Positions 19,950-32,952 are shown, counted from the stretch's first letter. The stretch: 64,000 bases of DNA from Nautiliaceae bacterium (GCA_039831155.1 JBDONT010000029.1:27071-91070), one strand, 5' to 3'. Notes: a model not told the origin generated them from the letters alone. Translations and numbers: made by a program.

Positions 19950-21061
19950 GGTTTTTTGCTATTTTATTTATTATCTTAAACTTTAATCTTATAAATGCAA
20001 ACAATATAAAAAACACAAAAAAAGCTTTAAAATATACATCTTATAAAATAAGCAAAATGAATGCTAAATTGGATTATTTAGCAAAAAACATTTTAAAAAG
20101 AGAAAATGAAATAAACCTATTATCAAAACAAGAAAACACTATTCGTCATCAAATAAAAACTCTTCAAGAAGAATTAAAAAATTCAAATAAAGATTTAAAC
20201 GAATTACAAACAACACTAAAAACATTACAAGCAAAAAAAGAAAGCATATCGGACGAAATTATAAAATTTATTTCTCAAAATTACTACCTAGACACTCAAA
20301 AAATCAATTCGTTAAACGACTTGATTTATAGTGAAATAAACAAAAAAATATTAAATATTTATGCTAAAAAAATAGCTCTTCTTAGTAAAGCCTTAAAAAA
20401 TATAAATAAAAACATTTCCGAAATATCACAAAAAATATCCTCCATTTTAAGTAAAAAATTAATGCTTCAGCAAAAACAACAAGAACTTGCAAAATTAAAA
20501 AATAAAAAACTTTTGGAACTTAAAAAACTTAAAAAACAAAAAGAATTTTATAAAGAAAAACTAGTAGCAATGCTTAAAAAACAAGAAAGATTAAGAAAAA
20601 AACTTCAAGAATTAAAAATAGTAACAAAAAGAATTCACGTAAAAACATTTAATCCTAATTACAAAATAAAAACCGCTTCTTATAAAGGAACTAAAACCAT
20701 TTCTCCGGTAAGAGGAAAAATTATAAAAAAATTCGGAAGTTACATAGACCCTATATATAAAATTAGAATTTACAACGATTCCATAACTATTAAAACAAAA
20801 CCGAACGCCATTATTAGAGCGATAAAAAGCGGAAAAGTGGTTTATATAGGAAAAGCTAACGATAAATACGTAATTTTCATAAAACATAAAGGCAATCTTT
20901 TCAGCATTTATGCAAATTTAGAAAAAGTATCTCCTCTTTTAAAAAAAGGTTCGTATGTAAAAAAAGGACAAATAATAGCAAGAGTAAAAGAAAAACTTGA
21001 ATTTGAAGTTACTTATAAAGATAAACCGATAAACCCTTTGAAGGTAATTAAACTATACTAA
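19946..21061 (+). CDS. envC: Murein hydrolase activator EnvC-like (coiled coil + degenerate M23)
   Basis: Long coiled coil; LytM domain lacks HxxxD/HxH zinc ligands (YNDSITI, LEFEV). Confidence 0.8.
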   Translation: MRFFAILFIILNFNLINANNIKNTKKALKYTSYKISKMNAKLDYLAKNILKRENEINLLSKQENTIRHQIKTLQEELKNSNKDLNELQTTLKTLQAKKESISDEIIKFISQNYYLDTQKINSLNDLIYSEINKKILNIYAKKIALLSKALKNINKNISEISQKISSILSKKLMLQQKQQELAKLKNKKLLELKKLKKQKEFYKEKLVAMLKKQERLRKKLQELKIVTKRIHVKTFNPNYKIKTASYKGTKTISPVRGKIIKKFGSYIDPIYKIRIYNDSITIKTKPNAIIRAIKSGKVVYIGKANDKYVIFIKHKGNLFSIYANLEKVSPLLKKGSYVKKGQIIARVKEKLEFEVTYKDKPINPLKVIKLY

Positions 21062-21079
21062 AAAAGGATTTTTTGATAA

Positions 21080-21823
<744 letters not shown>

Positions 21824-21832
21824 AGGAGAATC

Positions 21833-22036
21833 ATGAGAATAGAACAAATTAACGCAAAAGCTTTAGAAAAAGTAAATTACGACAGATACTTATTATCTCA
21901 AGCAATTGCAAAAAGAGTAAACGAACTAATAAACGGAGCAAAACCTCTAATCGAACTTCCTAAAAAAAATATGCAACTTACGGAAATAGCAACTCTTGAA
22001 ATTGCCGAAGGTCTTATAAAGGTTAAAGAGATTTGA
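21833..22036 (+). CDS. rpoZ: RNA polymerase omega subunit
   Basis: DRYLL...AKRV...IATLEIAEG, between pyrH and spoT. Confidence 0.92.
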   Translation: MRIEQINAKALEKVNYDRYLLSQAIAKRVNELINGAKPLIELPKKNMQLTEIATLEIAEGLIKVKEI

Positions 22037-24147
22037 GAGAAGATTTCGAAAAATTAATCCGACAAATTACTTTCGTTAAAACTACAAAAGAAGCTAAAGA
22101 GCTTCTTTTAAATCAAATAAACACTCCCTTTATTCAAAAAGCAATAGACTTTGCTATAAAAGCCCACGAAGGCCAAAAAAGAAAAAGCGGAGAAGATTAT
22201 GTCATTCATCCACTATTAGTAGCCACTATAACAAGTTATTTCAATAATGACGAAGAAGTGGTGGTAGCCGCAATTTTACACGATGTCGTAGAAGATACTC
22301 CTTATTCGATAGAATATATAAGCGAACATTTTTCTTTAAGCGTAGCACATTTAGTAGAGGGATTAACTAAAATAGTTGAAATAAGACAGAATTCTTTAAT
22401 CCCCTCTTCTTCCAATGAAAAACTTACTAAATCCGCTATGACATTTAGAAAAATGCTTTTAGCTTCCATTAAAGATATAAGAGTATTGGTAATAAAATTA
22501 TGCGATAGACTTCATAATATGTTAACCTTAGACCCTCTTCCACCACACAAACAAAAAAGAATAGCGGAAGAGACTCTAGTTGTATATACCCCAATCGCCC
22601 ACAGACTCGGAATAGCCACTTTAAAAAATTATCTAGAGGATTTGGCTTTTAAATACCTATTACCCGACGAATATCAAAAAATAGACTCTTACATAAGAAA
22701 AAACAGAGAAAAATTTACTCTAAAACTTAATGAATTCACTCAAAAAGTAACCTCTCTTTTACAAAAAGAGGGAATAAAAGATTTTGAAATAAAAAGCAGA
22801 ATAAAACACTATTATTCCATTTTTCTTAAAATGCAAAGAAAAGGCATCTCAATTGAAGAGATTTTAGACCTGCTAGCTATAAGAATAATAGTAAAAGAAC
22901 CTATCGAATGCTATAAAACCTTAGGAATAGTTCATTTAAATTTCAGACCCCTTATAAGCAGGTTTAAAGACTATATAGCAATTCCTAAAGATAACGGTTA
23001 TCAAACACTTCACACAACCGTTTACGCAAAAGATTCGATTATAGAAGTTCAAATAAGAACGTTCGATATGGATAAAAACGCGGAATTCGGAATTGCGGCT
23101 CATTGGAAATATAAACTCAATACGCAAATGCCGAATATCAAATGGCTAGAAGATATGAAATTTGACGAAAATATAGAAGATTTTTACGAACTTGCAAAAA
23201 ACGATTTATTTAGCGAAGACATAGTCGTATATTCTCCTAAATTCGATACGTTTACGCTTCCGCTAGGAGCTACCGCTCTTGATTTTGCATATGCAATTCA
23301 TACGGATGTAGGAAACAAAGCTATAAAAGCTTACGTAAACAAAGAAGAAGTCCCTCTTCTTCATCAGTTAAAAACGGGAGATATCGTAAGAATCGTAACG
23401 GGAGATGAGATTATCCCTAGATGCAGCTGGATAGAATCTTTAAAAACAAGTAAAGCCAAATACGAACAGAAAAAACTATGCCGTGCAAAAGAAAAAGAGA
23501 TTAACAAAAAACTTGCAATTGCCATTTTAAAAACAATTTTTGACATAAACGAAAGAAAAATAAAAGCTTTGTTGAAAGTCAACCGCTTATGCGAAATAAC
23601 GGAAAAGATACCGGAAGATAAAAATCTCTTAAAAGAAAACGTAAAAAAAATTTACGATACCTTAAAAAAGAAGAATCTTTTATATTTTAAAAAAACGAAA
23701 CTAAAAGAGTACGTTTTCGGTAACATAAGAATCATAAGCAACAAACCTATAAACGAAATAAGTTTCAGTTACTGTTGTCATCCTAAATTCGGAGACAAAA
23801 TAATAGGACTTTTAAATAAAAAAGAAGTTGAAATTCATCACAGATTTTGTAATAATGCCGAACATCAAATTAAAAACGCCGTATTTATCGAATGGATTGA
23901 AAATAACCAAAATAAATATTTCTTAACGGTAAATCTACCGAACAAAAAAGGAGAACTTGCAAAATTTATTAATTTTTTAACTAAACTTGACATTTTCATT
24001 CATTATATTACTCTGGGAAAAGAGTCAAGTAACTGTAAACTTGAAATTGAGTTTGATTCAAAAAAATTTGAAAAAATCAAAGAAAAAATTCAAAAAGAAT
24101 ACAACATAATCGAATTTATCTCAACAAAGGACGCATATAATGGATAA
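22033..24147 (+). CDS. spoT: Bifunctional (p)ppGpp synthetase/hydrolase
   Basis: [37 protein letters not shown] domain. Confidence 0.96.
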   Translation: MREDFEKLIRQITFVKTTKEAKELLLNQINTPFIQKAIDFAIKAHEGQKRKSGEDYVIHPLLVATITSYFNNDEEVVVAAILHDVVEDTPYSIEYISEHFSLSVAHLVEGLTKIVEIRQNSLIPSSSNEKLTKSAMTFRKMLLASIKDIRVLVIKLCDRLHNMLTLDPLPPHKQKRIAEETLVVYTPIAHRLGIATLKNYLEDLAFKYLLPDEYQKIDSYIRKNREKFTLKLNEFTQKVTSLLQKEGIKDFEIKSRIKHYYSIFLKMQRKGISIEEILDLLAIRIIVKEPIECYKTLGIVHLNFRPLISRFKDYIAIPKDNGYQTLHTTVYAKDSIIEVQIRTFDMDKNAEFGIAAHWKYKLNTQMPNIKWLEDMKFDENIEDFYELAKNDLFSEDIVVYSPKFDTFTLPLGATALDFAYAIHTDVGNKAIKAYVNKEEVPLLHQLKTGDIVRIVTGDEIIPRCSWIESLKTSKAKYEQKKLCRAKEKEINKKLAIAILKTIFDINERKIKALLKVNRLCEITEKIPEDKNLLKENVKKIYDTLKKKNLLYFKKTKLKEYVFGNIRIISNKPINEISFSYCCHPKFGDKIIGLLNKKEVEIHHRFCNNAEHQIKNAVFIEWIENNQNKYFLTVNLPNKKGELAKFINFLTKLDIFIHYITLGKESSNCKLEIEFDSKKFEKIKEKIQKEYNIIEFISTKDAYNG

Positions 24148-25363
24148 ACTTACAAAACATCCTAAACTAGACGAGGCAATGGCCGAAATTCAAAGAGGAA
24201 GTAGCGAAATAATAGGCCTTGAAAAGATTGAAAAACTGGTAAACAAATTCCTACATACGGGTGAGAGATTTACAATAAAAGCAGGATTTGACCCGACAGC
24301 TCCAGATTTGCACCTAGGTCATACCGTACTTTTACAAAAATTAAAAACCTTTCAAAAATACGGAGCTAAAGTTCAGTTTTTAATAGGAGACTTTACGGCT
24401 CAAATAGGAGACCCAACAGGAAAAAGTGCAACCCGTAAAATGTTAACTCCGGATGAAGTTAAACAAAACGCACAAACTTACAAAACACAGGTATTTAAAA
24501 TCTTAGATAAAGATTTAACCGATGTAGTGTTTAACAGCGAATGGCTAAACGCATTAGGGGCTAGTGGAATTGTAGAACTTACCACAACTTATACGGTGGC
24601 AAGAATGCTAGAAAGAGATGATTTTGAGAAAAGATACAAATCAAACACCCCTATAGCAATAAGTGAATTTATATATCCTCTACTTCAAGGATATGACAGT
24701 GTTGCATTAAAAAGCGACATAGAAATAGGAGGAACGGACCAGAAATTTAACCTCTTAATGGGAAGACATCTTCAAAAAGTCTATAACGTAGGAAAAGAAC
24801 AATCGGTTATTATGATGCCTCTACTTGTAGGGCTTGACGGTGTTAATAAAATGAGTAAATCCCTTGGAAATTATATAGGAATAACGGAAGACCCAAATAC
24901 GATTTTCGCAAAAGTTTTAAGTATTTCCGATGAGCTTATGTGGGAGTGGTATGAACTATTAAGCGAAAAATCCATTAAAGAAATAGAAGAGCTTAAACAA
25001 AAAGTAAAAGAAGGAATGAACCCTAAAATCGCAAAAGAGATGCTCGCTATTGAAATAGTAGATAGATTCCACGGAAAAGGTACAGGACTCAAAGCAAAAG
25101 AACACTTCGACAAAGTACACAAACAAGGTCAAATTCCGGATGATATTAAAATTTTTGAACTAGAACCTACTAATATAGTAGACGCTCTTGTAGCTACAAA
25201 ACTAGCTTCATCCAAAAGTGAAGCAAGACGTCATATAAAAGGTGGGGCGATTAGAATAAATCAGGAAAAAATAAGCGACCAAAATATAAACTTAGAACCG
25301 AACAAAGATTACATTTTACAAATCGGTAAAAGAAAATTCGCAAAAGTAAAAGTGAAAGGATGA
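24140..25363 (+). CDS. tyrS: Tyrosine--tRNA ligase
   Basis: [19 protein letters not shown]4 domain. Confidence 0.97.
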   Translation: MDKLTKHPKLDEAMAEIQRGSSEIIGLEKIEKLVNKFLHTGERFTIKAGFDPTAPDLHLGHTVLLQKLKTFQKYGAKVQFLIGDFTAQIGDPTGKSATRKMLTPDEVKQNAQTYKTQVFKILDKDLTDVVFNSEWLNALGASGIVELTTTYTVARMLERDDFEKRYKSNTPIAISEFIYPLLQGYDSVALKSDIEIGGTDQKFNLLMGRHLQKVYNVGKEQSVIMMPLLVGLDGVNKMSKSLGNYIGITEDPNTIFAKVLSISDELMWEWYELLSEKSIKEIEELKQKVKEGMNPKIAKEMLAIEIVDRFHGKGTGLKAKEHFDKVHKQGQIPDDIKIFELEPTNIVDALVATKLASSKSEARRHIKGGAIRINQEKISDQNINLEPNKDYILQIGKRKFAKVKVKG

Positions 25364-26451
25364 ATATGAAACCTCTAAAAATAGGAAAACACACAATAAA
25401 GCACCCTATTATTCAAGGGGGAATGGGGCTTGGAATCAGTTGGGATAAACTAGCGGGAAGCGTAAGCCGTGAAGGTGGTTTGGGAGTTATTAGTGCAGTT
25501 GGTACGGGATATTACGAAAATAAAAAATACGTAAAAAAACTTGTAGAGGGAAGGCCTCTTCTTGAGAGCGATTTTTACAACAGAGACGCTCTTTTTAAAA
25601 TTTTTGAAAACGCAAGAAAAATTTGTGGCGACGCCCCACTTGGGTGTAATGTTTTATATGCGATAAACGATTACGGAAGAGTTGTAAGAGACGCTTGTGA
25701 AGCCGGAGCAAATATCATAATAACAGGTGCCGGACTTACTATGGATATGCCGGAATTTACAAAAGATTTTCCGGAGGTTGCACTTGTACCTATCGTATCT
25801 ACGGGAAGGGCTTTTAGACTTATTACCAGAAGATGGGAAAAAAGATACGGAAGAATTCCGGATGCCGTAATTGTGGAAGGTCCTCTAAGTGGTGGACATC
25901 AAGGATTTAAATATGAAGAGTGCTTTAAAGAAGAAAACCAACTTGAAAATTTAATCCCGGATGTTAGAGAAGAAGTGGATAAATGGGATAAAAACATTCC
26001 GGTAATTGCAGCCGGTGGAATTTGGACTCACGAAGATATAGTTAAATTCTTAAATTTAGGTGCAAACGGAGTCCAGCTAGGTACTAGATTTGCCCTAACT
26101 TATGAATGCGACGCAAGTGATGAATTTAAAGAAACTCTACTTAACGCAAAAAAAGAAGACATTATCTTAATGAAATCTCCGGTAGGATACCCGGCAAGAG
26201 GTGTTAAAACAAAACTTATAGAAAAAGTGGAAAAAAAAGAAGGTCCTATTATCAAATGTATTTCAAATTGTGTCTCTCCTTGTAATAGAGGTGAAGAAGC
26301 TAGAAAAGTAGGTTATTGTATTGCCGACAGACTTGCCGACGCATACGAAGGAGACCTTGAAAACGGACTTTATTTCAGTGGAGCTTATGCATACAGAGCC
26401 GATAAACTTCTAAGCGTTAAAGAACTTATGAAAGAGTTATTAGGAGAATAA
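25360..26451 (+). CDS. Nitronate monooxygenase family flavoprotein
   Basis: [31 protein letters not shown]. Confidence 0.9.
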   Translation: MNMKPLKIGKHTIKHPIIQGGMGLGISWDKLAGSVSREGGLGVISAVGTGYYENKKYVKKLVEGRPLLESDFYNRDALFKIFENARKICGDAPLGCNVLYAINDYGRVVRDACEAGANIIITGAGLTMDMPEFTKDFPEVALVPIVSTGRAFRLITRRWEKRYGRIPDAVIVEGPLSGGHQGFKYEECFKEENQLENLIPDVREEVDKWDKNIPVIAAGGIWTHEDIVKFLNLGANGVQLGTRFALTYECDASDEFKETLLNAKKEDIILMKSPVGYPARGVKTKLIEKVEKKEGPIIKCISNCVSPCNRGEEARKVGYCIADRLADAYEGDLENGLYFSGAYAYRADKLLSVKELMKELLGE

Positions 26452-27725
26452 TGAGGTTTTTATTACTTCTTTTCTCTTTTATATTTATCTTTGCTTGTAA
26501 TACTTCATCAATAAATAAAGCATATACCGAATATTATAATTATCAAAAAAAATATATTTCGGCTCTTTTAGATAACAATAAACAAGCCCAAATAAAATAT
26601 TTAAAAGAGATGATAGAGTGCGGAGAATTTTTACATTTAAATATTACCGATTATAAAAAAAAGTTACAAAGTTTATCAAAAACATATAAACCGGTTAAAA
26701 ATTATCCGACACTTTCAAAACATATTAAAATACTCTCTTATAATCCTATAAAAATCAAACTTCCTTCAAACCAAGTTACTTTTTTTACTTCCGAATATAA
26801 ACTCTATAAAAAAGTCTTTGACATCAAAAATGCCGCTATACATAAATTTATAACAAAAAAACTTAAAAGTAATATTATTCTAAAAATCGCCCAATTTAAT
26901 AAAAATACGGTAAGAATCGTTTTATATTCGAAATATAAATTCAGAATTAAGTACCGAATAAAAAATAATTTACTTACTATTTCCATCATATCCTATCAAA
27001 AAAACTTACCCGGCCAACTTTCCGCCGTATCTTTTAAACCTATAAAAAAGCATAAAAAAGTAATCGTAATAGACCCGGGACACGGCGGAAAAGATGCTGG
27101 AGGAGTAGGAATTAAACATAGAATGGAAAAAGAAGCCGTTTTAAAAATAGCGAAATATTTAAAAATTTATCTTCAAAGCCAAGGATATATAGTATATCTC
27201 ACAAGAAAAGGAGATTATTTTATTCCTTTAAAAAAAAGAACTCATTTCGCAAATATAAAAAAAGCGGATTTATTTATATCCATTCACTGCAATATAGCTC
27301 CTAGACATTATAAAAAACCTCACGGAATAGAAACTTACTTTTTATCTCCTACTAGAAACGAAAGAGCTATTCAAGTAGCCAGAACGGAAAACAAAGAGAT
27401 AAAAGGTCTAAATTATTTAGACCAAAGAGTAATTTTAAATTTTTTAAATAGAGACAGAATGATTAATTCAAACAAACTAGCGATAGACATTCAAAAAGGT
27501 ATGTTACTGTCTTTAAGAAAAAAATATTCTCGAATAAAAGACGGAGGAGTAAGACCAGCTCCCTTTTGGGTACTAGTTGGTACTCAAATGCCGGCTATTT
27601 TAATAGAAACGGGTTACCTTACAAACCCTTTAGAATCAAAAAGACTTTTTAATCCCGAATATCAAAAAAACTTAGCTAAAGGAATAGCCGAGGGTATAAA
27701 AAGCTATTTTAAAAAAAACCCTTAA
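26451..27725 (+). CDS. amiA: N-acetylmuramoyl-L-alanine amidase
   Basis: IDPGHGGKD, EK, FISIHCN, PAILIETGY. Confidence 0.92.
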   Translation: MRFLLLLFSFIFIFACNTSSINKAYTEYYNYQKKYISALLDNNKQAQIKYLKEMIECGEFLHLNITDYKKKLQSLSKTYKPVKNYPTLSKHIKILSYNPIKIKLPSNQVTFFTSEYKLYKKVFDIKNAAIHKFITKKLKSNIILKIAQFNKNTVRIVLYSKYKFRIKYRIKNNLLTISIISYQKNLPGQLSAVSFKPIKKHKKVIVIDPGHGGKDAGGVGIKHRMEKEAVLKIAKYLKIYLQSQGYIVYLTRKGDYFIPLKKRTHFANIKKADLFISIHCNIAPRHYKKPHGIETYFLSPTRNERAIQVARTENKEIKGLNYLDQRVILNFLNRDRMINSNKLAIDIQKGMLLSLRKKYSRIKDGGVRPAPFWVLVGTQMPAILIETGYLTNPLESKRLFNPEYQKNLAKGIAEGIKSYFKKNP

Positions 27726-27726
27726 T

Positions 27727-28497
27727 TTAAACTTTCATAAGCCTCCATATAAAAAACACAAACGGCACTTCAAATATGAGAGATATCCCTATAGCTTTAA
27801 TGGTCCCGTAAGGGTCGTCGGTATAAGGAAGTCCTCCCGTATTCATACCGAAAAACCCGGTAATTAACGTAAGAGGTAAAAAGATGGCAGATAAAATAGT
27901 CAAAATAAACATAATATTATTCATTTTTTCATCTTGTTTAGCTTTAAAAAACTCATATAAATAATCAAGTTTTTCAATGGCGTTTTTTGAAAATCTAAAA
28001 GCCCTCTCAATATGCTCCGCTAAATCCCTAAAAGCAAACTCATCAAGTTTTGATTTATAATATTTTAAAAACCTTTCAAAAGCTATTTGAGAATGCCCCA
28101 TAAGTCTTTCTATCAAAACAAGCTCTTTCTTATATTTAAGCCATTGATTAGAAAAATCATAAGGCATATCGTTTTCGTAAAGTTCATCTTCTATTTTTGC
28201 AATAGCTATATGTAGTTTGGAGATTTTTCCCAAAATCTCATCTATTCTAACATCCAAATAATCGTGTAAATCATCAAAACTACCAAGAAACTCAAACTCT
28301 TTTGTTTTTCTATCATATTTATAAACTTTATCGTCTTTAATCAAAAACGCATAAGAAACAACCCCTACTCCTCCTTCTTCATTAATAAAAGGAAGTCTTA
28401 AAATCAAAATAGAATATTCACTCGTAACCTCAAAATCACTCGGATGGTCTTTATTTTCGATATCGTCAATTAAATATTTATTAATTTTAAATTTCAT
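27727..28497 (-). CDS. CorA-family divalent cation transporter
   Basis: FLPLTLITGFFGMN. Confidence 0.9.
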   Translation of the reverse strand: MKFKINKYLIDDIENKDHPSDFEVTSEYSILILRLPFINEEGGVGVVSYAFLIKDDKVYKYDRKTKEFEFLGSFDDLHDYLDVRIDEILGKISKLHIAIAKIEDELYENDMPYDFSNQWLKYKKELVLIERLMGHSQIAFERFLKYYKSKLDEFAFRDLAEHIERAFRFSKNAIEKLDYLYEFFKAKQDEKMNNIMFILTILSAIFLPLTLITGFFGMNTGGLPYTDDPYGTIKAIGISLIFEVPFVFFIWRLMKV

Positions 28498-30185
28498 AAA
28501 AATTCCTTTTTTAAAAATCTACTAAAAAGATAAAGCGTCCACAAATGCTGCTTATACCTTTTATGCCCGGTTTTTATAATCTCTTTCAAATACTCTTCAT
28601 TAAAAATTTTGGTTTTTCTGTTTACATCTATAATCACTCTTAGCTCATTTTCCTCTTTAAGCCACTCTAAAAACGGATAAGCAAAACCTTTTTTTCTTCT
28701 GTTTACAATTTCGTTTGGTAAATATTTTTTTGCTATCTCTTTTACTATCCACTTATTAGCACCTCTTACCTCCTCTTTTAAAGAGAAAACGAAGTTTACC
28801 AAATTTTTATCCAAAAAAGGACTCCTAGCCTCAATTCCATACGCCATAAACATCTTATCAAGCTTCATTAAAAGCACTTCCCCTATCCAAACCTTTAAAT
28901 CAAAATAAGTAAAATCAAAGCTCCCCCACCCTTTTACAAAACGTTTATAATCAACTTCTTTAGCTCTTTTTTTTAAAACCTTATTAATCTGTCTTTGATA
29001 AAAAGTTTCGTTAATACCCCTAAAAACCACCTCATCTGCAAAAAACCTCCTAAAAATTTCCCACTCTTTTATATCTTCAGGGTATCTTTCAAGATACTTT
29101 TTAAGCCACTTTTTATTAGGAAGATACGCTTTAAAAAAGCCCAAATATTCGTTATACCTTCTATATCCTAAAAAAAGCTCGTCGCTCCCCTCTCCACTTA
29201 AAACAACTTTTAAAGGAATTTTTGAAGCCAAAAAATTAGCCGGAAAAAAACTACTATCCGCAATAGGCTCGTCCATATCGTTTAAAACTTTTTCAAAAGA
29301 ATCAAAAAAATCCTTTTTGGTATAGTTTATTTCATAATGAGTAGAATTAATATGATTCTCTACAATCTTAGCGTATTTCCTCTCATCATAATTCTCATAC
29401 CCCTCATACCCAATACTAAAGGTTTTTATCTCTCTCTCTTGAGATAAAAGAGCACAAATCAAACTGCTATCCACTCCCCCACTTAAAAGAGCCCCTATCT
29501 CCACATCTCCCATCAATCTTTTTTTTATGCTTTGTCTTAAAAGATTTTCCACTTCTACAATAACATTCCCCTCATCCCTCTCCTCTCTTTTAAAATCAAA
29601 CCATCTTTTTATCTCTCCGTCAAAATAACACCCACTAGGAAGCTTATAAATTCCTTCATAAATAGTATTAGGTGCCAAACTTGAATTAAGTGCCAAATAT
29701 TCACTCAAAGCGTTAAAATTCAACTCTTTTTTCACAAAAGGCAAAATAGCTTTTATTTCACTTGCAAATATACCGTTTTTAGTAAAATAAAGAGGTTTTT
29801 TACCAAACTCATCCCTAAAAAGATAAAGTTTTTTATCATAAACGGCAATCGCAAACATCCCGTCAAACAACTTAACAAAATCAATCCCAAACCTAACCCA
29901 CAATTCATACAAAACTTCCACTTCAGTTATAGCATTTAAAGAAAACCTCTTTATAAGTTCTTTGTAGTTATAAATTTCACCGTTAAACAAAACAACCACC
30001 CCATTTTTAAAAAAGGGCTGATTATTTACGTTTATATTTTCTATCGCAAGCCTGTTAAAACCGAACATCCCAAAAGAAGTTTTCAAAACAGATTGAAAAT
30101 CTAACCCCCTATGAGAGATTAAGTCAAGAGCGTATTTAAACTTTTTTTCATCAACTTTTCCTATTATTCCCAATATAGCACACAA
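28494..30185 (-). CDS. asnB: Asparagine synthase (glutamine-hydrolysing) family amidotransferase
   Basis: N-terminal Cys2, FNGEIYNY, LSGGVDSS, SGEGSDELF, EARSPFLD. Confidence 0.92.
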   Translation of the reverse strand: MCAILGIIGKVDEKKFKYALDLISHRGLDFQSVLKTSFGMFGFNRLAIENINVNNQPFFKNGVVVLFNGEIYNYKELIKRFSLNAITEVEVLYELWVRFGIDFVKLFDGMFAIAVYDKKLYLFRDEFGKKPLYFTKNGIFASEIKAILPFVKKELNFNALSEYLALNSSLAPNTIYEGIYKLPSGCYFDGEIKRWFDFKREERDEGNVIVEVENLLRQSIKKRLMGDVEIGALLSGGVDSSLICALLSQEREIKTFSIGYEGYENYDERKYAKIVENHINSTHYEINYTKKDFFDSFEKVLNDMDEPIADSSFFPANFLASKIPLKVVLSGEGSDELFLGYRRYNEYLGFFKAYLPNKKWLKKYLERYPEDIKEWEIFRRFFADEVVFRGINETFYQRQINKVLKKRAKEVDYKRFVKGWGSFDFTYFDLKVWIGEVLLMKLDKMFMAYGIEARSPFLDKNLVNFVFSLKEEVRGANKWIVKEIAKKYLPNEIVNRRKKGFAYPFLEWLKEENELRVIIDVNRKTKIFNEEYLKEIIKTGHKRYKQHLWTLYLFSRFLKKEFL

Positions 30186-30226
30186 AGTAAACCTTTTTTG
30201 TTAAAATTCTACCAAAAAGGAAAACA

Positions 30227-31015
30227 ATGAAAGACGTTTTTAAATATACATTCCTAACAATTGCAGATATTAAAAAGTTTCTATTTATAGTACTTTTAAT
30301 TTCTACTTTCACTTTACTTGAGAGTATCCCGTTTATTAAGACAATAGCTTTTCTTTTTGAAAAATTACTCTATTTAAGCATAGGCGTTCTTCTAATTCAC
30401 ATCTTAAAAAGAACCCCTAATGAAAATAAATTTTTCGAAATTTTAACATACCAACCTTTCTCTACCTTTACCCTCCATTTTATACCGAGTGCCAGTGGGA
30501 TTTTAATGGGAATAATTATAATCCTAACTCTTTTTATCTCATTTTTTATATTCATACTGCAATTTACATCATCTCTTTTTATTCTTCAAAACCCTCACGA
30601 GGTTTTAATCGCCCTTTCAAAAGCACCTTATATTACTAAAGTATTATTAGGATTCTATTCTGTGTATCTACTCTTTTTTTCTTATATATTCTTAGGAAAA
30701 TTCGGAGAAGCCTTAACAAAAGAAAATTTCAAAGACGCTTTTTTAGCCACCTTATCTTCTGTAGTAGATTTTAAATTTTGGATAAACAGTTTTAATTTAA
30801 AATATATGGGAATTTATTTTATTTGGAGTTTAATAATTTCTTTTTTCTACGTTATCATAACTTTTAGTTACATATTTTACGTTTATCCTATTGTTCTTAA
30901 AAATCCGGATTTCTCTTTAATCATAATCCCTATTTTATCTTCTTGCACCGCAATACTACTTTATTTTACTTTTTTTAGTGCTTATTTCTCATACAAAACT
31001 ACAACTTCTTTTTAA
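30227..31015 (+). CDS. Hypothetical polytopic membrane protein
   Basis: About six hydrophobic segments, AGGA SD. Confidence 0.75.
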   Translation: MKDVFKYTFLTIADIKKFLFIVLLISTFTLLESIPFIKTIAFLFEKLLYLSIGVLLIHILKRTPNENKFFEILTYQPFSTFTLHFIPSASGILMGIIIILTLFISFFIFILQFTSSLFILQNPHEVLIALSKAPYITKVLLGFYSVYLLFFSYIFLGKFGEALTKENFKDAFLATLSSVVDFKFWINSFNLKYMGIYFIWSLIISFFYVIITFSYIFYVYPIVLKNPDFSLIIIPILSSCTAILLYFTFFSAYFSYKTTTSF

Positions 31016-31509
31016 TTCTTTTTTTTTATCAAAAAAAGATATCCCAAAGCCACTGCCGGTACTACACTAACCCCAAATAAAAAACTTAAATAATCAAAGA
31101 TATTATTCTTAGTAAGCCAAATAAACCCAGATATTAAACTTGCATATCCCCCTATTCTAAGAAGATTAAATCCACCCTTAAAATAAAACAAAATAGCTTC
31201 ATACCATTTAAGCTTCTTTTCTTTTAATTTTTTAAGCTCTTCTTTTTTTATCTCATCCTCTTCATCGTCAAGATTATAAGGGTCTTCATATTTTTTTAAA
31301 ATATCTTCTCCTACGTTACCGTTTTTAATCTGTGCTTTTACCATATTAGAATACCCTATAAAACTTCCCAAAATTATCAAACTCACACTAAAAAACGCTA
31401 TTTGAGTATTATAAAGCCAAATCATATTATCTTCCAAATAACAAAAAACGACAATTCCTACATCAATAGCAATTAAAATCCTTAACACGTTAAAAAATTC
31501 TCTCATCAA
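31012..31509 (-). CDS. Hypothetical membrane protein
   Basis: Four TMs with an acidic loop (EDPYNLDDE); last gene of the asd operon. Confidence 0.75.
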   Translation of the reverse strand: MMREFFNVLRILIAIDVGIVVFCYLEDNMIWLYNTQIAFFSVSLIILGSFIGYSNMVKAQIKNGNVGEDILKKYEDPYNLDDEEDEIKKEELKKLKEKKLKWYEAILFYFKGGFNLLRIGGYASLISGFIWLTKNNIFDYLSFLFGVSVVPAVALGYLFLIKKKN

Positions 31510-31515
31510 TTCTCC

Positions 31516-32412
31516 TTAAATTATAGCCTTATAAAACTTAACCCCTCCTACAAACACCTCTTCTATTAAATTTTCCTTTAATAAATCGTTAAAAACCTTT
31601 TGAGTATGCTCGTCAAAAATATGCTCAACGTCAGAATCGCTAAAAGGCCTCTTTTTAAGAGTTGTCAAAAGCTCCTCTTTTGTTAAATTCTCGATTTGAA
31701 ATTTCAGTTTTTCCCTGGTCGGAATAAAAATATGCTGATTTTCAATTTTTCTAGACAACTCAAAAAGGTTTTTTACACTAACTCCTTTAACGTTATAAGC
31801 AGGAGGTCTGTCAATTGTTGAAATATCAACTCTGTTTGGTTTTATCTCTTTTAAAACTTCATTTAGTTTTTCAAACTCTTCTTCTTTATCATTAATCCCC
31901 TTAACAACCAAAATCTCGATAATAAGCTCTTTATTGTAAATTTTTCTAAACTCTTTAATTCCTCTAACAATATCTTCTATTTTTATATCTTTATGAGGTC
32001 TGTCTATTTTCTTGAAGATTTTAGGAGTTACGGCATCAAGAGAAAGTTTTACTATGTCAAACTTTAAAAGAGTATTTTGAATCTCTTTTTTAAAAATCGT
32101 AGAAGAGTTACTCAAAATAAGCAGTTTTTGATTTTTAATTTTACTTACAAGTTCATCCAAATAAGGATATAAAGTCGGCTCCCCGTTACTTGTAATAGTC
32201 AAAACATCAAAATTAAACTTATCTATAGCTTCATTTATCTCTTTTAAAATTTCATCTACACTAGGGGGATTAGCATATTCATTAACCGGCTTTGCCGGGT
32301 CAAGTTCGCAGTATATACAATCAAAATTACATCTTTTTTTATCGGGAGAGAGGTCGACTCCAAGACTCATCCCAAAACGTCTTGAAGCCACCGGACCGAA
32401 TATATATTTCAT
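31516..32412 (-). CDS. Radical SAM protein (COG0731-like)
   Basis: FGPVASRRFGMSLGVD, CNFDCIYC, GEPTL. Confidence 0.9.
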   Translation of the reverse strand: MKYIFGPVASRRFGMSLGVDLSPDKKRCNFDCIYCELDPAKPVNEYANPPSVDEILKEINEAIDKFNFDVLTITSNGEPTLYPYLDELVSKIKNQKLLILSNSSTIFKKEIQNTLLKFDIVKLSLDAVTPKIFKKIDRPHKDIKIEDIVRGIKEFRKIYNKELIIEILVVKGINDKEEEFEKLNEVLKEIKPNRVDISTIDRPPAYNVKGVSVKNLFELSRKIENQHIFIPTREKLKFQIENLTKEELLTTLKKRPFSDSDVEHIFDEHTQKVFNDLLKENLIEEVFVGGVKFYKAII

Positions 32413-32427
32413 AATTTCACCTTAAAA

Positions 32428-32952
32428 TTAATGTTCGCCTTTATGCATATAATATAAAGCCAAAGCAAGTGCTAAAATACTTCCGGCAAGATACAACATC
32501 TCAAGTGGACTTGCAAACTCCATATGCATAACTCTTTTAAAAAATCCGACGATTAAAACCATTACAACAACTTTACCAAGTTTGTCTTTAAGCTCATCCA
32601 AACTGTGAATAGCTAAAATTTTACTTCCGACTTCACTATTTTCCGCATCATCAATTTCGCTAATAAAAAGCTCATAAATACCGAATGAAAAAATAAGCAA
32701 CACAACGGCTATAAGATATAAATCCACAGCCCCTATTATTTTACCTATTAACATTTCGTGGAAATTATCCGGATGATAGTGAGAAAAGAAAAAGAGATAA
32801 GTTTTCTTAGCCACCATCACTATATCGTAACTGGCTACCAAAAATAGAACTATAGCTCCTATCATCCCGAAAATAACTGCCAAAACGGCAATTATCCTAC
32901 TTCTCCAAAGCGTACCTTCAAATATTGCTTCTAAAAAACCTCTATTTTCCAT
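32428..32952 (-). CDS. YqhA/UPF0114 membrane protein
   Basis: VDLYLI, GIYELFIS, SLDELKDKL. Confidence 0.88.
   Translation of the reverse strand: MENRGFLEAIFEGTLWRSRIIAVLAVIFGMIGAIVLFLVASYDIVMVAKKTYLFFFSHYHPDNFHEMLIGKIIGAVDLYLIAVVLLIFSFGIYELFISEIDDAENSEVGSKILAIHSLDELKDKLGKVVVMVLIVGFFKRVMHMEFASPLEMLYLAGSILALALALYYMHKGEH

Noticed and set aside
19946-21061. M23 domain lacking zinc ligands as a pseudogene
   Set aside because: Expected for EnvC-type amidase activators
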